DNA of 64,000 bases, taken from assembly GCA_965649225.1 (NCBI GenBank), contig CBFGJX010000007.1:32001-96000 (forward strand). Reading direction: 5' to 3'. The stretch comes from a candidate division WOR-3 bacterium. GTDB taxonomy: Bacteria; Hydrothermota; Tepidihabitantia; Tepidihabitantales; Tepidihabitantaceae. This document shows positions 37,518 to 48,784 of the stretch, piece after piece (position 1 is the first letter of the stretch; every line of letters begins with the position of its first letter). The notes beneath the pieces were generated by a model that did not search any database, had not been told where the DNA came from, and saw only the letters and a list, made by a program, of their open reading frames with translations. A program made the position numbers and the translations under genes.

Positions 37518-38807
37518 CTAAGGATAGACCTTTTCCAGCATGCGTGGAAACGGGATTGTCTCCCGGATGTGCTTCAGTCCGCAAATCCATGCAACAGTCC
37601 GCTCCAGTCCCAGTCCGAAACCGGAGTGGGGAAAGGAGCCGTAGCGCCTGATATCAAGGTACCACTCGAAAGCCGGCCGGGGCAGATTGTACTCGGCTAT
37701 GCGCCTTTCCAGCGTTGCCAGGTCGTCCTCGCGCTGTGATCCGCCGACGATTTCGCCGTAGCCCTCCGGGGCAATCATGTCGAAGGCCAGTGCCAGACTG
37801 GGCTGCAGCGGGTCGCGTTTCATGTAGAAGGCCTTGATAGCAGCGGGGTAGTGATGAATCATTACCGGCCGGTCAAAAGACTCGCCCAGGAGTGTTTCTT
37901 CATCGCCGCCAAAATCGTCGCCGAAGTCGATCGGCTTACCCTTCTGGCGCAGCAGTTCCACCGCTTCGTGGTAGGAAATACGCGGGAATGGCGAACGGAT
38001 GTTTTCAAGCGGTTGAACATCACGTTCGAGTATTGCCAGTTCGGCCCGGCGCCGGTCGAGAACCCGGGCGACAGTATAGCTGACCAGCCGTTCGGCCAGT
38101 GACATTGCATCTTCCAGGTCATAAAATGCCGCCTCTGGCTCCAGCATCCAGAACTCCATCAGGTGACGGCGGGTTTTCGATTTTTCGGCGCGGAATGTTG
38201 GACCGAAACAGTAGGTGCGGCGTACCGCGGCGGCGATGGCTTCGTTGTAGAGCTGGCCGGTCTGAGCGAGATAGACCTGTTCGCCGTAGTAGTCGACCGG
38301 GAACAGCGTTGTTGTGCCTTCCCCGGCGGCCGGGGTAAGTATCGGGGTGTCGCCAAGCACGAAGTCCTCGTTGTCAAGGAAGTCGCGCATGGCCTTGACC
38401 ATTTCTGAGCGAATCCGCAGTATGGCATACTGCCGGCGGGAACGCAGCCAGAGGTGTCGATGAGCCATCAGAAACTCAACGCCGTGTTCCTTGGGCGAAA
38501 TCGGGTAGGGCTCAGCGGCGGCAATCAGCTTCAGCGCTGAGGCGGCAAGCTCGAAGCCACCCGGCGCGCGGGGTTCGGCGCGGACGGTACCGGTGATTGC
38601 GATACACGACTCCTGGCTGACTGCGTCAGCCAGTTCAAAGTCTGCTTCCGAGACGTCGTTTTTGAGAAAGACGCATTGCACAATGCCGGTGCCGTCGCGG
38701 AGCAGGACGAATCTTATTCGCCCTGAAGACCGGGTGTTATACACCCAGCCGCTCAGGGTGACCTGTTGACCAACATGCTTGCCGATTTCTGCGATGGTCA
38801 CTGTCAT
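37518..38807 (-). CDS. asnS: Asparagine--tRNA ligase
   Basis: OB fold GWV...[57 protein letters not shown]. Confidence 0.96.
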   Translation of the reverse strand: MTVTIAEIGKHVGQQVTLSGWVYNTRSSGRIRFVLLRDGTGIVQCVFLKNDVSEADFELADAVSQESCIAITGTVRAEPRAPGGFELAASALKLIAAAEPYPISPKEHGVEFLMAHRHLWLRSRRQYAILRIRSEMVKAMRDFLDNEDFVLGDTPILTPAAGEGTTTLFPVDYYGEQVYLAQTGQLYNEAIAAAVRRTYCFGPTFRAEKSKTRRHLMEFWMLEPEAAFYDLEDAMSLAERLVSYTVARVLDRRRAELAILERDVQPLENIRSPFPRISYHEAVELLRQKGKPIDFGDDFGGDEETLLGESFDRPVMIHHYPAAIKAFYMKRDPLQPSLALAFDMIAPEGYGEIVGGSQREDDLATLERRIAEYNLPRPAFEWYLDIRRYGSFPHSGFGLGLERTVAWICGLKHIRETIPFPRMLEKVYP

Positions 38808-38813
38808 TGCCCG

Positions 38814-38841
38814 ATTGTAGGGGTTCGCCCGGGCAAGTCAA
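38814..38841 (-). promoter_or_regulatory. sigma70-like promoter of asnS (leaderless)
   Basis: TTGACT-N16-TACAAT, 6 nt before ATG, no SD. Confidence 0.7.
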
Positions 38842-38870
38842 GGTGACAGAATCTCTGTCTGTGGACACAA

Positions 38871-38898
38871 TTGACTTGGGGGCAGTTTAGGCTAGGCT
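38871..38898 (+). promoter_or_regulatory. sigma70-like promoter of the tRNA pair
   Basis: TTGACT-N16-TAGGCT. Confidence 0.6.
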
Positions 38899-38922
38899 AG
38901 TGCCGGCTTGATGGCACGGCCT

Positions 38923-39009
38923 GGAGGGCTAGCCTAACTGGTAAGGCAGCAGACTTGAAATCTGCCGGCTCAGCGATGGGCCTTGCGGGTTCGAATCCTG
39001 CGCCCTCCG
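38923..39009 (+). tRNA. tRNA-Ser(TGA)
   Basis: Acceptor GGAGGGC/GCCCTCC, anticodon arm GCAGA-CTTGAAA-TCTGC, long variable arm, GGTTCGAATCC, G73; CCA not encoded. Confidence 0.95.
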
Positions 39010-39047
39010 CTGCAATGTCTCAGGGCCTGTTGCGAGTCTGTGGTTTC

Positions 39048-39137
<90 letters not shown>

Positions 39138-39294
39138 TGAGAAAAGCAGTGTTCCGGTCAGAACGTCGCGTGAGCGATGCGGGATTTCTCCTGATGAAGA
39201 CAGGTCAGACCAGCTTTGTGTCCGCCGGCTGGCGTGGTCTTGGCGTTGTTGATGTCAGCCTGAGTGTCACCAGTTACAGGCCCGGGTTCTGCTC

Positions 39295-40899
39295 GTGAGC
39301 GACGTACTGGGACAATTGCCCCGAACGGCGGTCGGCGAAGTGAGGGTGAGGATCGCGCCCTCTCCGACTGGAACGATTCACCTCGGTCTGGCCCGTACAG
39401 CGCTGTACAACTGGTTGTTTGCCCGGCACCACCGCGGCCGGTTCATTCTGCGAATCGATGATACCGACGCTGGGCGCAACGATGAGGCTGCACTGCGGCC
39501 GATTCTGGATGGGCTGCGCTGGCTTGGACTTGACTGGGACGAAGGGCCGGAGGTAGGGGGTCCGCATGAGCCCTATTACCAGTCACAGCGGGCCGAACGC
39601 TACCAGGCGGCGGTGGCAGAACTGATCAGACGCGGGTTCGCCTATCGCGATTATGCTACACCTGAGGAAATCAAGGCTGAACGCGATGCGGCACTCGCCG
39701 CGCGGGTGAACTGGCGCTACAGCCGGCGGTGGATGGCGTCTGACGAGGCTGATTGCCGGCGGTTTGAGGCCGAGGGTCGGAAAGCCGTCGTGCGGTTGAA
39801 GATGCCGCAGGACGGGAAACTGGTGATTGATGACCTCATCCGTGGCCGGGTTGAGTTTGACTGGGCGCTGGAGCAGGATCACGTTGTTCAACGGGCCGAT
39901 GGTTCCTGTCTTTACCACCTTGCCAATGTCGTTGACGACTACGAATTCGGCATAACTCATGTCATTCGCGCCGAGGAACATCTTTCCAATACCCCGAGGC
40001 AGGTCTTTATTGCTCAGTCGCTCGGCTGGCCGGTGCCGCAGTATGCTCATCTGCCGTATGTAGCTGAACCAGGCAGCCGCAACAAATTGAGCAAGCGCAA
40101 GGTCAAGCAGTATCTTCGGAACCCTGATTTTGCCGAGCTTGTCGATCGCGGTCGCCGGATTGCCGCGGCAATCGGGCAGAGCACCAGTGATGATGCGGTC
40201 AATCCGGTCGCCCTCGAGTTTTACCGTAACGCCGGGTTTTTACCCGAAGTCCTAGTAAACTATCTGGCGCTGCTGGGCTGGTCGCTTGATGACCACACCG
40301 AGCGGTTCGAGCTTGATGAGCTTGTCCGGCTCTTTACGCTTGAGCGGGTCAACCGGGCCCCGGCAAGTTTTGACCCGGCCAAGCTGCTGGCGTTTCAGGT
40401 GCGGCGAATGATGGAATTGACCGTAGCCGAACGGACCGAGCTTGTGCTGCCGTTTCTGGTTCGAGCCCGACTGGTTGCTGATCCGCCGACAGCAGCGGAA
40501 CGCAGCCTGACGGCTGCCGTGGTCGCGGCGGCCGGTGACCGAATCAAGATGGCGGGCGACATTCTGGAGTACAGTGAGTTCTATGTTGAGCTGGCAGAGC
40601 TGCGATATGATGCCCGGGCAAAGGCGAAGTACCTGTCCAGTTCTGCGGCACTGGAGCTGCTGGCGGGCTTTCGCGACCGGCTGTCACGGATTGAGTGCTT
40701 TGAGCCGGCGGTACTTGAACGGGAACTGGAGAATTACGCCGCCGCGCAAGGTGTGAAGCCGGCGGCGGTGGTGCATCCGCTGCGTGTTGCGGTGACGGGC
40801 AAGAGCATTGGTTTTGGCCTTTACGATGCACTGGCGATACTGGGGCGTGAACGCTGCATCGGCCGAATCGATCGGGTATTGAAAGAGGAGAGAACTTGA
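39295..40899 (+). CDS. gltX: Glutamate--tRNA ligase
   Basis: [42 protein letters not shown], anticodon domain PLRVAVTG; start may be GTG 39340. Confidence 0.96.
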   Translation: MSDVLGQLPRTAVGEVRVRIAPSPTGTIHLGLARTALYNWLFARHHRGRFILRIDDTDAGRNDEAALRPILDGLRWLGLDWDEGPEVGGPHEPYYQSQRAERYQAAVAELIRRGFAYRDYATPEEIKAERDAALAARVNWRYSRRWMASDEADCRRFEAEGRKAVVRLKMPQDGKLVIDDLIRGRVEFDWALEQDHVVQRADGSCLYHLANVVDDYEFGITHVIRAEEHLSNTPRQVFIAQSLGWPVPQYAHLPYVAEPGSRNKLSKRKVKQYLRNPDFAELVDRGRRIAAAIGQSTSDDAVNPVALEFYRNAGFLPEVLVNYLALLGWSLDDHTERFELDELVRLFTLERVNRAPASFDPAKLLAFQVRRMMELTVAERTELVLPFLVRARLVADPPTAAERSLTAAVVAAAGDRIKMAGDILEYSEFYVELAELRYDARAKAKYLSSSAALELLAGFRDRLSRIECFEPAVLERELENYAAAQGVKPAAVVHPLRVAVTGKSIGFGLYDALAILGRERCIGRIDRVLKEERT

Positions 40900-42587
40900 A
40901 CGAAGAAAGGTCTGCACCCCGCAACTTCATTGAAGAGGCGATTGAGGAAGACCTGGCGTCGGGACGTTACCAGCGAGTACAGACCCGGTTTCCGCCGGAG
41001 CCAAACGGTTATCTCCATATTGGCCATGCCAAGGCGATTTGTATTGATTTCGGCATGGCGGAGAAGTACGGTGGGAGTTGCAACCTGCGCTTCGATGACA
41101 CCAACCCGGTCCGTGAGGAGACCGAGTACGTCGAGTCGATCAAGGCCGACATCCGCTGGTTGGGGTTTGACTGGGGAGACCGCGAGTACTACGCCTCCGA
41201 CTACTATGAACAGCTTTACCAGTGGGCGGTCGAGCTGATTCGCAAGGGCAAGGCTTATGTCTGTGACCTGAGCGCAGACGAAATTCGTGAGTACCGCGGT
41301 ACCCTTACCGAACCCGGTCGTGAGAGTCCCTACCGCAACCGCAGTGTCGAGGAGAACCTCGAGCTCTTTGAGCGGATGAGGCGCGGCGAGTTTCCGGACG
41401 GGGCGCGAACCCTGCGGGCAAAAATCGACATGGCCTCGCCGAACATCAATCTGCGCGATCCGGTGATGTACCGGATTATCCATGCCCGTCATCATCGGAC
41501 CGGTGATACCTGGTGTATTTATCCCAGTTACGACTGGGCGCACGGTCAGTCGGACTCGCTGGAAAGGGTTACCCATTCGCTGTGCTCGCTGGAGTTTGAG
41601 GACCACCGTCCGTTGTATGAGTGGTTCATCCGGGAGCTGGGAATATTCCCGTCGCGCCAGATCGAGTTCGCCCGGTTGAATCTTACCTACACGATGATGG
41701 CCAAGCGGCGACTGCGCGAACTGGTTGAGAGTGGCGTCGTGCGGGGCTGGGACGATCCGCGCATGCCGACATTGTCAGGGCTGCGTCGACGTGGCTACAC
41801 CCCTTCGGCGATCAGGGAGTTCCTGCGCCGGGTCGGGGTCGCCAAGACCGACAGTGTCGTTGACATCGAGCTGCTTGAACACTGCCTGCGTGAGGATTTG
41901 AACCGAACCTCGGAGCGACGCATGGCCGTGATCCGGCCGCTGCGGCTGGTGATCGAGAACTATCCCGAAGGGCAGGTGGAGTGGTTCGATGCGGTGAACA
42001 ATCCTGAGGACCCGGCGGCCGGGACGCGTCGGGTGCCGTTCTCGCGGGTGCTCTATATCGAGCGCGATGATTTTCGCGTCGAGCCGCCGCCGAAATACTG
42101 GCGACTGGCACCCGGCCGTGAGGTCCGTCTGCGCTATGGCTATATCGTGCGCTGTACTGGTTTTCATCTTGATCCGGCCACCGGTGAAGTGCAGGAGGTC
42201 ATCTGCAGTTACGATCCGGCGACAAGGGGCGGAGATGCTCCGGATGGGCGTCGGGTAAAATCGACGCTGCACTGGGTGTCTGCCGCTCATGCCGTCAAGG
42301 CCGAGGTTCGTCTCTATGACCGTCTGTTCACTCGGCCCGACCCGGATGATGCCCCGCCGGGCCAGGACTGGCGTGCTAATATCAACCCGGCTTCACTGGT
42401 GGTGTTGCCGGATTGTCGAGTTGAACCGGCCCTGGCCGACAGCGTGCCAGGCGACCGCTGGCAGTTTGAGCGGCTTGGGTATTTCTGTACCGATCCTGAT
42501 ACCACGCCAGGACACCCGGTTTTCAACCGGACTGTCACGCTGCGTGACCCTTGGGCCAAAATCGAAAGGTCACTGGCCGCCGGCTAG
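40896..42587 (+). CDS. glnS: Glutamine--tRNA ligase
   Basis: [58 protein letters not shown]. Confidence 0.97.
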   Translation: MNEERSAPRNFIEEAIEEDLASGRYQRVQTRFPPEPNGYLHIGHAKAICIDFGMAEKYGGSCNLRFDDTNPVREETEYVESIKADIRWLGFDWGDREYYASDYYEQLYQWAVELIRKGKAYVCDLSADEIREYRGTLTEPGRESPYRNRSVEENLELFERMRRGEFPDGARTLRAKIDMASPNINLRDPVMYRIIHARHHRTGDTWCIYPSYDWAHGQSDSLERVTHSLCSLEFEDHRPLYEWFIRELGIFPSRQIEFARLNLTYTMMAKRRLRELVESGVVRGWDDPRMPTLSGLRRRGYTPSAIREFLRRVGVAKTDSVVDIELLEHCLREDLNRTSERRMAVIRPLRLVIENYPEGQVEWFDAVNNPEDPAAGTRRVPFSRVLYIERDDFRVEPPPKYWRLAPGREVRLRYGYIVRCTGFHLDPATGEVQEVICSYDPATRGGDAPDGRRVKSTLHWVSAAHAVKAEVRLYDRLFTRPDPDDAPPGQDWRANINPASLVVLPDCRVEPALADSVPGDRWQFERLGYFCTDPDTTPGHPVFNRTVTLRDPWAKIERSLAAG

Positions 42588-42590
42588 GAT

Positions 42591-42619
42591 TTGCGTCCGC
42601 GCCTCTCTGACGTTATAAT
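42591..42619 (+). promoter_or_regulatory. sigma70-like promoter
   Basis: TTGCGT-N17-TATAAT. Confidence 0.55.
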
Positions 42620-42661
42620 TTACCGTTGATTGACTGGTGAGCCCTAACCGGGAGGCACAGA

Positions 42662-43291
42662 TTGACGCTTTTTTCCAAACTCAGTTCGGCGCAGGGCGTT
42701 CGGATGCTCTGCGGCGCTACCCTGACAGTTGACAGTACTGCTGGTTCTCGTCGCCGGTTTGGTTTTCGAACCGCCAGTCCAAACGGCCAGGTTCTGCCCG
42801 CACACTACGTTCTGCTGGCAGTTCACTATTACAGCAACATTCTGAGCCGCTATCCGCGTGACCAGTCGCGTACCTACGTACTTAGTTCGGACCTACATTG
42901 GATGGTTCATTTGATAGTTGAACAGGGCGTGTGGCCCGATTCGGACCTGTTCCGCTATGCTGGTGTGGCTGATTCGGCTGAGCTGGTGACCGGTGTTGAA
43001 CTAAATGGGCCGGCGATTGGGGCGGCGCTGATTCGACCGCTGCTGGGCGAGGACCTTGACATTGGTATAGAAATTCCGCCTGGGCTGCCTGATGAGGACG
43101 TCAATCTATCGGTGATTGCGATGATGCAGGGGGTGCTGGCCCTGCTCGACGAACGGGGCTTGATGCTGATGGACCATGTCCTGCGCAAGGTGAGGCTTTA
43201 TCACAACGAAGGCGCCGACTATTCCGACCCGGCGATTGCGGCACGATTGGTGAATCGGGCGTTTCGAGAAGCGTCCGACGGCGGCAACTAG
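42662..43291 (+). CDS. Hypothetical protein
   Basis: Own promoter, GGAGG RBS before TTG, downstream hairpin; no family recognised. Confidence 0.7.
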   Translation: MTLFSKLSSAQGVRMLCGATLTVDSTAGSRRRFGFRTASPNGQVLPAHYVLLAVHYYSNILSRYPRDQSRTYVLSSDLHWMVHLIVEQGVWPDSDLFRYAGVADSAELVTGVELNGPAIGAALIRPLLGEDLDIGIEIPPGLPDEDVNLSVIAMMQGVLALLDERGLMLMDHVLRKVRLYHNEGADYSDPAIAARLVNRAFREASDGGN

Positions 43292-43305
43292 AGCATTGAG
43301 TGCGG

Positions 43306-43339
43306 GCGTCGGGGCGCAGGCAGCACTGCGCCCCGACGC
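43306..43339. terminator. Strong hairpin between convergent genes
   Basis: 14-bp perfect stem GCGTCGGGGCGCAG/CTGCGCCCCGACGC, 6-nt loop; weak U-tract. Confidence 0.6.
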
Positions 43340-43351
43340 GTCTGTTGGTGG

Positions 43352-46300
43352 TCATTCCTTCCGGTCGTTTCTCAGAGCAGTCTGAGCCGTCCTGGCCAGT
43401 CGAATTTTTTCGGTACGGTTTTCGAAGATCACGTAAAGAACCGGAATGAAGATCAACGGCAGGAAGGTCGAGAATATCAGGCCGCCGATGATCGCCCGGC
43501 CCAATGGTGCCCAGAGCTCTGAACCTTCGCCCAGCTTGAGCGCCAGCGGGATCATGCCAAAGATCGTGGTCAGTGAAGTCATCAGTATTGGCCGCAGCCG
43601 AACCCGGCCTGCCTCTTTGACGGCATCGTACAGGGCCATCCCGTGTCGCCGCCGGAGTTGATTGACGTAGTCGATATAGACGATGCCGTTATTGACCACG
43701 ATGCCGAGAAGTACCAGTACACCGAGCCCTGATGTAACCGAGAGCGGCGTGCGGGTGATGAACAGGGCCCAGAGGACACCGATTATGCCGAAGGGAACTG
43801 TGAACATGATGATGAAAGGGTCGCGGAACGACTCGAACTGCGACGCCATCACCATGAAAACCAGCAGAAATGCTATCAGGACTACCAGGGCCAGGTCCCG
43901 GAAGGTGTTGATCATGTCCTCGTAGGAGCCGGACAGACGAATCTCAAAGCCAGGCGGAACCTTTATCGGCTCGATTGCTCTTGCAACACGGCGCGACAGC
44001 GATCCGGATGAAACTCCGACCGCCTTGCCGGTGATTGAGACAATCCGCTCGGTGTTCTTGTGGGCGATTTCAACGGGACTGGTGGCGGTAGTCACCGTGA
44101 CGAGACTGCGCAGCGGCACCGAACCAAGCGGCCCGTTGATTGAGAGGCCGAGGATATCCACCAGCGAACCGCGCTGGCTTTCGTCCAGCCGCATCAGAAT
44201 GTCGTACTCTTTACCGCTGCGCCGGAAGGAGCTGGGTACGGTGCCTTCGATTTGAGTTCTGAGTGCGGAGCCAATCTGGTAGGGCGAAAGGCCATACAAC
44301 GCCGCCTTTTGTCGGTCAACCACAAGTCGCAGTTCGGGCTTGCCTGGTTCCCGGGTGCTTCTGACTTCGGCGAGGCCGGGGATAGTTTCGATTGCGGCAA
44401 TTACCCGGGCGGTCAGGGAGTCGGCGGTGGCCAGGTCGTGGCCGATGATGTCCAGCTGGATTGCAGCGCTGCCGGCACCGGCCATCGAGCTGAAGGACCG
44501 TTCAGCTGTCGTTACGCGCAGACCTGGTATCTGGGCAGCAAACTGCCGGATGCCGCGGTCAATTTCCTCGGTTGAGTGACGGCGCTGCCTGCGTTCTTTG
44601 AGGATGATGCTGATTTCGGCGGAATTGGTACTGGAGCTGCCGAAGATCGCCGAATAGACGGTGGCGCCGGTCCCGACCTGGGCAGCGACCCCGACGACAT
44701 CATCGCGCCATTCAGTCAGGATGTACTTCTCAAGCCGGGCAGCGGCAGAGTCGGTTTTCTCAAGCGAGGTACCAACCGGCATGTCGACTGTGACCTGGTG
44801 GAACCAGCTTTCCTGGCCGGGCATGAATTCCGCCCCGATAAGGGGAAGGAGGCCGAGACTGACCAGAAGCAGTGCCACGGTTCCGAACACGACGAGCCGG
44901 CGTCGGCCAATCGCCCAGGCAATCAGGCGGTTGTAGCCGTTTTCGAGTCGGCAGTAGAGCCGTTCACTCCAGCCGCGCAGGCCGCCGCTGGTACTGTCGG
45001 GAGTCGGGATGCTCAAGAAACGGCTGGACAGCATCGGGATCAGTGTCAGCGCGACCCCGAGCGAAGCGACCAGAGAACCGACGACAGCGACCACGAGCTC
45101 GCGGAAGAATATCTGGAGCAGACCGCGGACCAGCAGCATCGGTAGAAAGACAACGATGGTGGTGAGAGTTGACGCGGTGATTGCCATCGCGACTTCTTCA
45201 GCGCCGAAACTGGCAGCGGCGAGTGGTTGTTCACCGTTCTCACGGCGCCGAAAGATGCTTTCGAACACAACTATGCCGTTGTCGACGACCATGCCAACGG
45301 CGATCGCCAGACCGGCCATCGAGAGGACGTTGATCGAGAAGCCGAAGATGAACATGAAGAAGACGGCAAAGAAAATCGATACCGGGATGGCAAAAGCGAC
45401 GAACATCGTCGCGCGGAAGCGGCGCAGAAAGATGAAGAGAATCATTACTGCAAGGATACCACCGATAAGGATGTTGGTCGTGACACTGGATATCGATCGT
45501 CGTATCTGGCGGGACGAGTCAAAGAAAATACTGGCATCGACCCCGGACGGCAGTCGGCTGCGCAGCCGCTCGAATTCAGACCGGGCGGCAGCGGCAACGC
45601 GGACGGTGTTGGCGTCGGGGCGGCGCTGGAGGACGACGAAGACGCAGTTACGGCCATCATAGCGCGCCCGACTCTGGCTCTCTTCCGGCAGCCAGTCGAC
45701 GTCGGCGATGTCCCGGAGCAGGATCGGTGCATTGCCCTTCGTGCCGACGACCGTGCCGCGCAGGGCTTCGATGTTGTCGTATTCGCCCACGAGCCTGATC
45801 AGGTAGCGGCGGCTTCCGGCGGTTACCGAGCCGGCAGGGAAGTTGAGATTCTGAGCCTTGAGGGTCATGGCCAGGTTCTCGGTGGTGACACCGGAAGCAG
45901 CGAGTCGGGCCGGGTCGATCCGGACCTGGACCTGCCGACGGGTGCCGCCAGCGACGTTGACGGCAGCGACGCCCGGGACGCGTTGCAGCGCATCGGCGAA
46001 TTCCTCGGCGACGTCACGCAGCTCCGTCGGATCAATCTCGCCGTAGAGACCGATTTGCAGCACCGGCATCATCGAGGGGTCGAATTTGAATACGAACGGT
46101 TTCTGAACGTCGGCAGGCAGCAGCGCCACGGCCATGTCCAGTCGGTCGCGGACGTCCGAGGAAGCCGCGTCCAGGTCAGTGCCCCACTCAAACTGGATCT
46201 GGACGATTGAGGTGTTTTCGAGCGACCGCGACGTGATCGAACGGATGTTGGGGATCGTTCCGACACGCTGCTCGATGGGTTCGGTGACTTCCGATTCAAC

Positions 46301-46474
46301 TTCAAGTGGTCCGGCGCCGGGGTAGAAGGTGGCGATGGCAATCATCGGCAGTGTAACGTCGGGGAAGATATCCACCGGCATCCGGGTAATGCCTACGATA
46401 CCAAATACCAGCAGCGCGATCGCGACCATCGCGGTCGTGACCGGCCGGCGAATTGCGGTGTCGCTGAGTTTCAT
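43352..46474 (-). CDS. RND efflux permease (AcrB/AcrD/AcrF family)
   Basis: AIRRPVTT, YPGA.P.EVE, GMVVDNGIVV.E, GIVVNNGIV, RLRPILMT. Confidence 0.96.
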   Translation of the reverse strand: MKLSDTAIRRPVTTAMVAIALLVFGIVGITRMPVDIFPDVTLPMIAIATFYPGAGPLEVESEVTEPIEQRVGTIPNIRSITSRSLENTSIVQIQFEWGTDLDAASSDVRDRLDMAVALLPADVQKPFVFKFDPSMMPVLQIGLYGEIDPTELRDVAEEFADALQRVPGVAAVNVAGGTRRQVQVRIDPARLAASGVTTENLAMTLKAQNLNFPAGSVTAGSRRYLIRLVGEYDNIEALRGTVVGTKGNAPILLRDIADVDWLPEESQSRARYDGRNCVFVVLQRRPDANTVRVAAAARSEFERLRSRLPSGVDASIFFDSSRQIRRSISSVTTNILIGGILAVMILFIFLRRFRATMFVAFAIPVSIFFAVFFMFIFGFSINVLSMAGLAIAVGMVVDNGIVVFESIFRRRENGEQPLAAASFGAEEVAMAITASTLTTIVVFLPMLLVRGLLQIFFRELVVAVVGSLVASLGVALTLIPMLSSRFLSIPTPDSTSGGLRGWSERLYCRLENGYNRLIAWAIGRRRLVVFGTVALLLVSLGLLPLIGAEFMPGQESWFHQVTVDMPVGTSLEKTDSAAARLEKYILTEWRDDVVGVAAQVGTGATVYSAIFGSSSTNSAEISIILKERRQRRHSTEEIDRGIRQFAAQIPGLRVTTAERSFSSMAGAGSAAIQLDIIGHDLATADSLTARVIAAIETIPGLAEVRSTREPGKPELRLVVDRQKAALYGLSPYQIGSALRTQIEGTVPSSFRRSGKEYDILMRLDESQRGSLVDILGLSINGPLGSVPLRSLVTVTTATSPVEIAHKNTERIVSITGKAVGVSSGSLSRRVARAIEPIKVPPGFEIRLSGSYEDMINTFRDLALVVLIAFLLVFMVMASQFESFRDPFIIMFTVPFGIIGVLWALFITRTPLSVTSGLGVLVLLGIVVNNGIVYIDYVNQLRRRHGMALYDAVKEAGRVRLRPILMTSLTTIFGMIPLALKLGEGSELWAPLGRAIIGGLIFSTFLPLIFIPVLYVIFENRTEKIRLARTAQTALRNDRKE

Positions 46475-47400
46475 CGGGTGCCTTCCTCGATCGGGTTGAC
46501 GGTTTCACCATCTTTGACCCGCTCCTTGCCGGTGGTTGCCACCGTCTCGCCCGGCTCAAGGCCACCGGTGACTTCAATGAAGTCATCGCCGGCAAGGCCG
46601 GTCGTGATCGGACGCATCCTGGCGGTACGGTCGCGGACGACAATCACCCGCGCCGAACCGTCGATCAGCAGGGCATCGGTGGGAATCCGGACAACGTCAG
46701 GCTTTGCTTCAAGCGTGAGGCGGATGGTGACGGTCATGCCGGGCAGGAGCCGGCGTTCGGAGTTGGGCAGGGTCACCTCGACGGTCGCGGACCGTGACAT
46801 CGGGTCGATTATCGGCGAGACACTGGTAACACGGCCGGTGAAAACCAGCGCCGGCATCGTTGATACGGTTATCTCGGCCGGAGCACCACGACGGATGAAG
46901 GGCAGGTCGGCGTCGCTGACCGCAGCCCGGGCTTTGACACTTGACGAGAAACGGGAAATCGCGGCAACCGGCTGGCCCGGTGCTACGGTCTGGCCGACGT
47001 CGGCGTAAATCCGACCGACAACTCCGGCAACCGGGGCGGTTACGGGTCCCGGTTTGTAGTCCATTCCCGGAACGTCGTTGACGATGTAGAGAATCGGGTC
47101 GCCTTCGGCGACGGTCGAGCCTTCCGGCCGGACTATTTCGGTAACCCGACCGGCAAATTTCGGCAGTGCCATTGCCTGGGTCTCGCCCTGCAGCATGCCC
47201 AGCAGGCGGACAGTCCGGACGACCGACCCCCGGTCAACGGTCCATACCGACACGGCGGGGATCGGCCGGGCACGGTTATCGTTTCGGCGCTGCCCACAGG
47301 CAAGCATGACCGAAAGGGCGGCGAGGGCAGCTGCGATGTAGTGATAGCAGCTGGCGGCCTTGAGCCGGTTGGCGGATTGAGTGATGCGACAATTGTTCAT
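46471..47400 (-). CDS. RND periplasmic adaptor (MFP) subunit
   Basis: Lipobox MLAC, APVAGVV, GRVTSVSP.ID..SR, LLPGM, GLEPGE; short alpha-hairpin. Confidence 0.9.
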   Translation of the reverse strand: MNNCRITQSANRLKAASCYHYIAAALAALSVMLACGQRRNDNRARPIPAVSVWTVDRGSVVRTVRLLGMLQGETQAMALPKFAGRVTEIVRPEGSTVAEGDPILYIVNDVPGMDYKPGPVTAPVAGVVGRIYADVGQTVAPGQPVAAISRFSSSVKARAAVSDADLPFIRRGAPAEITVSTMPALVFTGRVTSVSPIIDPMSRSATVEVTLPNSERRLLPGMTVTIRLTLEAKPDVVRIPTDALLIDGSARVIVVRDRTARMRPITTGLAGDDFIEVTGGLEPGETVATTGKERVKDGETVNPIEEGTR

Positions 47401-47401
47401 G

Positions 47402-48784
47402 TCAGTTGTCTCCTGTTGTCTCGCCGGTGGCGCGGGCCAGTCGGGCCAGGGCAATACGGTAACTGGCAAGGGCATTCAGGCGCGCCATCTCGGCCTGCAT
47501 TAGGGCAAGCTGGGCGTCGAGGTATTCAAGGTTGGTCAGCAGGCCGTTGGCATAGCGGGTCTCGGCCAGCTCAACCGCGGTCCGGGCGACGCTGACGTTT
47601 TCGGTGTGATAGGCGACATTTTCGGCTTCGGCGGCCACGGCCAACGCCTGAGCCTTGACTTCCAGTCGAATGGCTTCTTCAACCTGTTCAAGGCTGATGA
47701 GGGCCTGGCGCTCGCGGGCGCGGGCTTGGCGCAGTTTCGCGATGTTGCTGCCACCGGTGAAGACCGGCCAGGACAGGCCGGCAGTGATGTTCCAGTCGTC
47801 ACCCCAGCCGGGCGTGAATCCGACCGGGTTCTTGTAGTCGTAGTTTAGCTGGGCAAAGGCGGTGGGCAGGTTTGCAGTCCGGGCGATGTCTTTGCCGATG
47901 CGGGCGATACGCAGTGCCCGTCGCAGCTGTGCGAGTTCGGGCCGGCGGTCGAGTGCCAGTTCGATGGCGGAATCGAGCGAAACCGGAGTTCCGGTCACGA
48001 AAAGCGTGTCGGCGAGTTCGATCGGAATGGCGTCATCAATACCGATTACCGAGCGCAGTGCCGCCTCGGCCAGACGTGCACCATTTTCGGCCTGGGCGAG
48101 CTGGGCGCGCAGGTTGGTGAGCCCGACCGAGGCACGGAGCAGATCAAGCCGGGTGGCAAGACCGTTGTCATAAAGCGTCTGCACTCGACGGACGTGTCGG
48201 TCGAGCTGGCTGCGGGATTCGGTCAGCAGGGCGACTCCGGCGCGAGCCAGCTTGGCGCGCCAGAACGCCTCGATGGCCTGGATCTTGACGTCGGCACGCG
48301 CCTGCTGGAGCGCCAGCCGCTGAATTTCCGCTGTCAGCCCGGCGATACGGTAGGCGCCGAGCAATTTGCCCCAAGTAAAAAGGGTTTGCTGAACTGTGGC
48401 CCGGAGCATGACATTGTCGGCTGAGCCCAGTTTCAATCGCGAGGTGTCAGCACCAATCGGCATTGCGATTGAGTCGGTATAGCCGATGACCTGGCCGGTC
48501 GCTGGGTCGTAGACCCGGAGCGGGAAGCGGCCGTACACCGGGGTGAGAAGGGTAAACTCGTTGACGGTCCCGAGGCGGGTGTAAGAAGCGGTTGCGTTAA
48601 TCTGTGGCAGCATGGCACCGAACGCCGCCCCGCGTCCGGCGGCCGCTTCGTCAAGTCGGGCCCGGGCTGCGGCGATGGCACGGTTGTTCTGGAGTGCCAG
48701 CTGGACGCAGCGGTCGGCATCGAGGCGCAGTGTCTCGGCGCCGGCGGAGACTGCAATCAGCAGAATTGGAAACAATCGAAACAT
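47402..48784 (-). CDS. TolC family outer-membrane efflux protein
   Basis: ALQNNR, LPQI, Q.LFTWG, GLATRLDLL, RPEL, RY..GL.T.LE.LDAQ. Confidence 0.93.
   Translation of the reverse strand: MFRLFPILLIAVSAGAETLRLDADRCVQLALQNNRAIAAARARLDEAAAGRGAAFGAMLPQINATASYTRLGTVNEFTLLTPVYGRFPLRVYDPATGQVIGYTDSIAMPIGADTSRLKLGSADNVMLRATVQQTLFTWGKLLGAYRIAGLTAEIQRLALQQARADVKIQAIEAFWRAKLARAGVALLTESRSQLDRHVRRVQTLYDNGLATRLDLLRASVGLTNLRAQLAQAENGARLAEAALRSVIGIDDAIPIELADTLFVTGTPVSLDSAIELALDRRPELAQLRRALRIARIGKDIARTANLPTAFAQLNYDYKNPVGFTPGWGDDWNITAGLSWPVFTGGSNIAKLRQARARERQALISLEQVEEAIRLEVKAQALAVAAEAENVAYHTENVSVARTAVELAETRYANGLLTNLEYLDAQLALMQAEMARLNALASYRIALARLARATGETTGDN

Noticed and set aside
38923..39009. Possible tRNA-Sec or suppressor tRNA
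   Set aside because: The anticodon is TGA (reads UCA, Ser), not TCA; it has a 7-bp acceptor stem and normal serine features.
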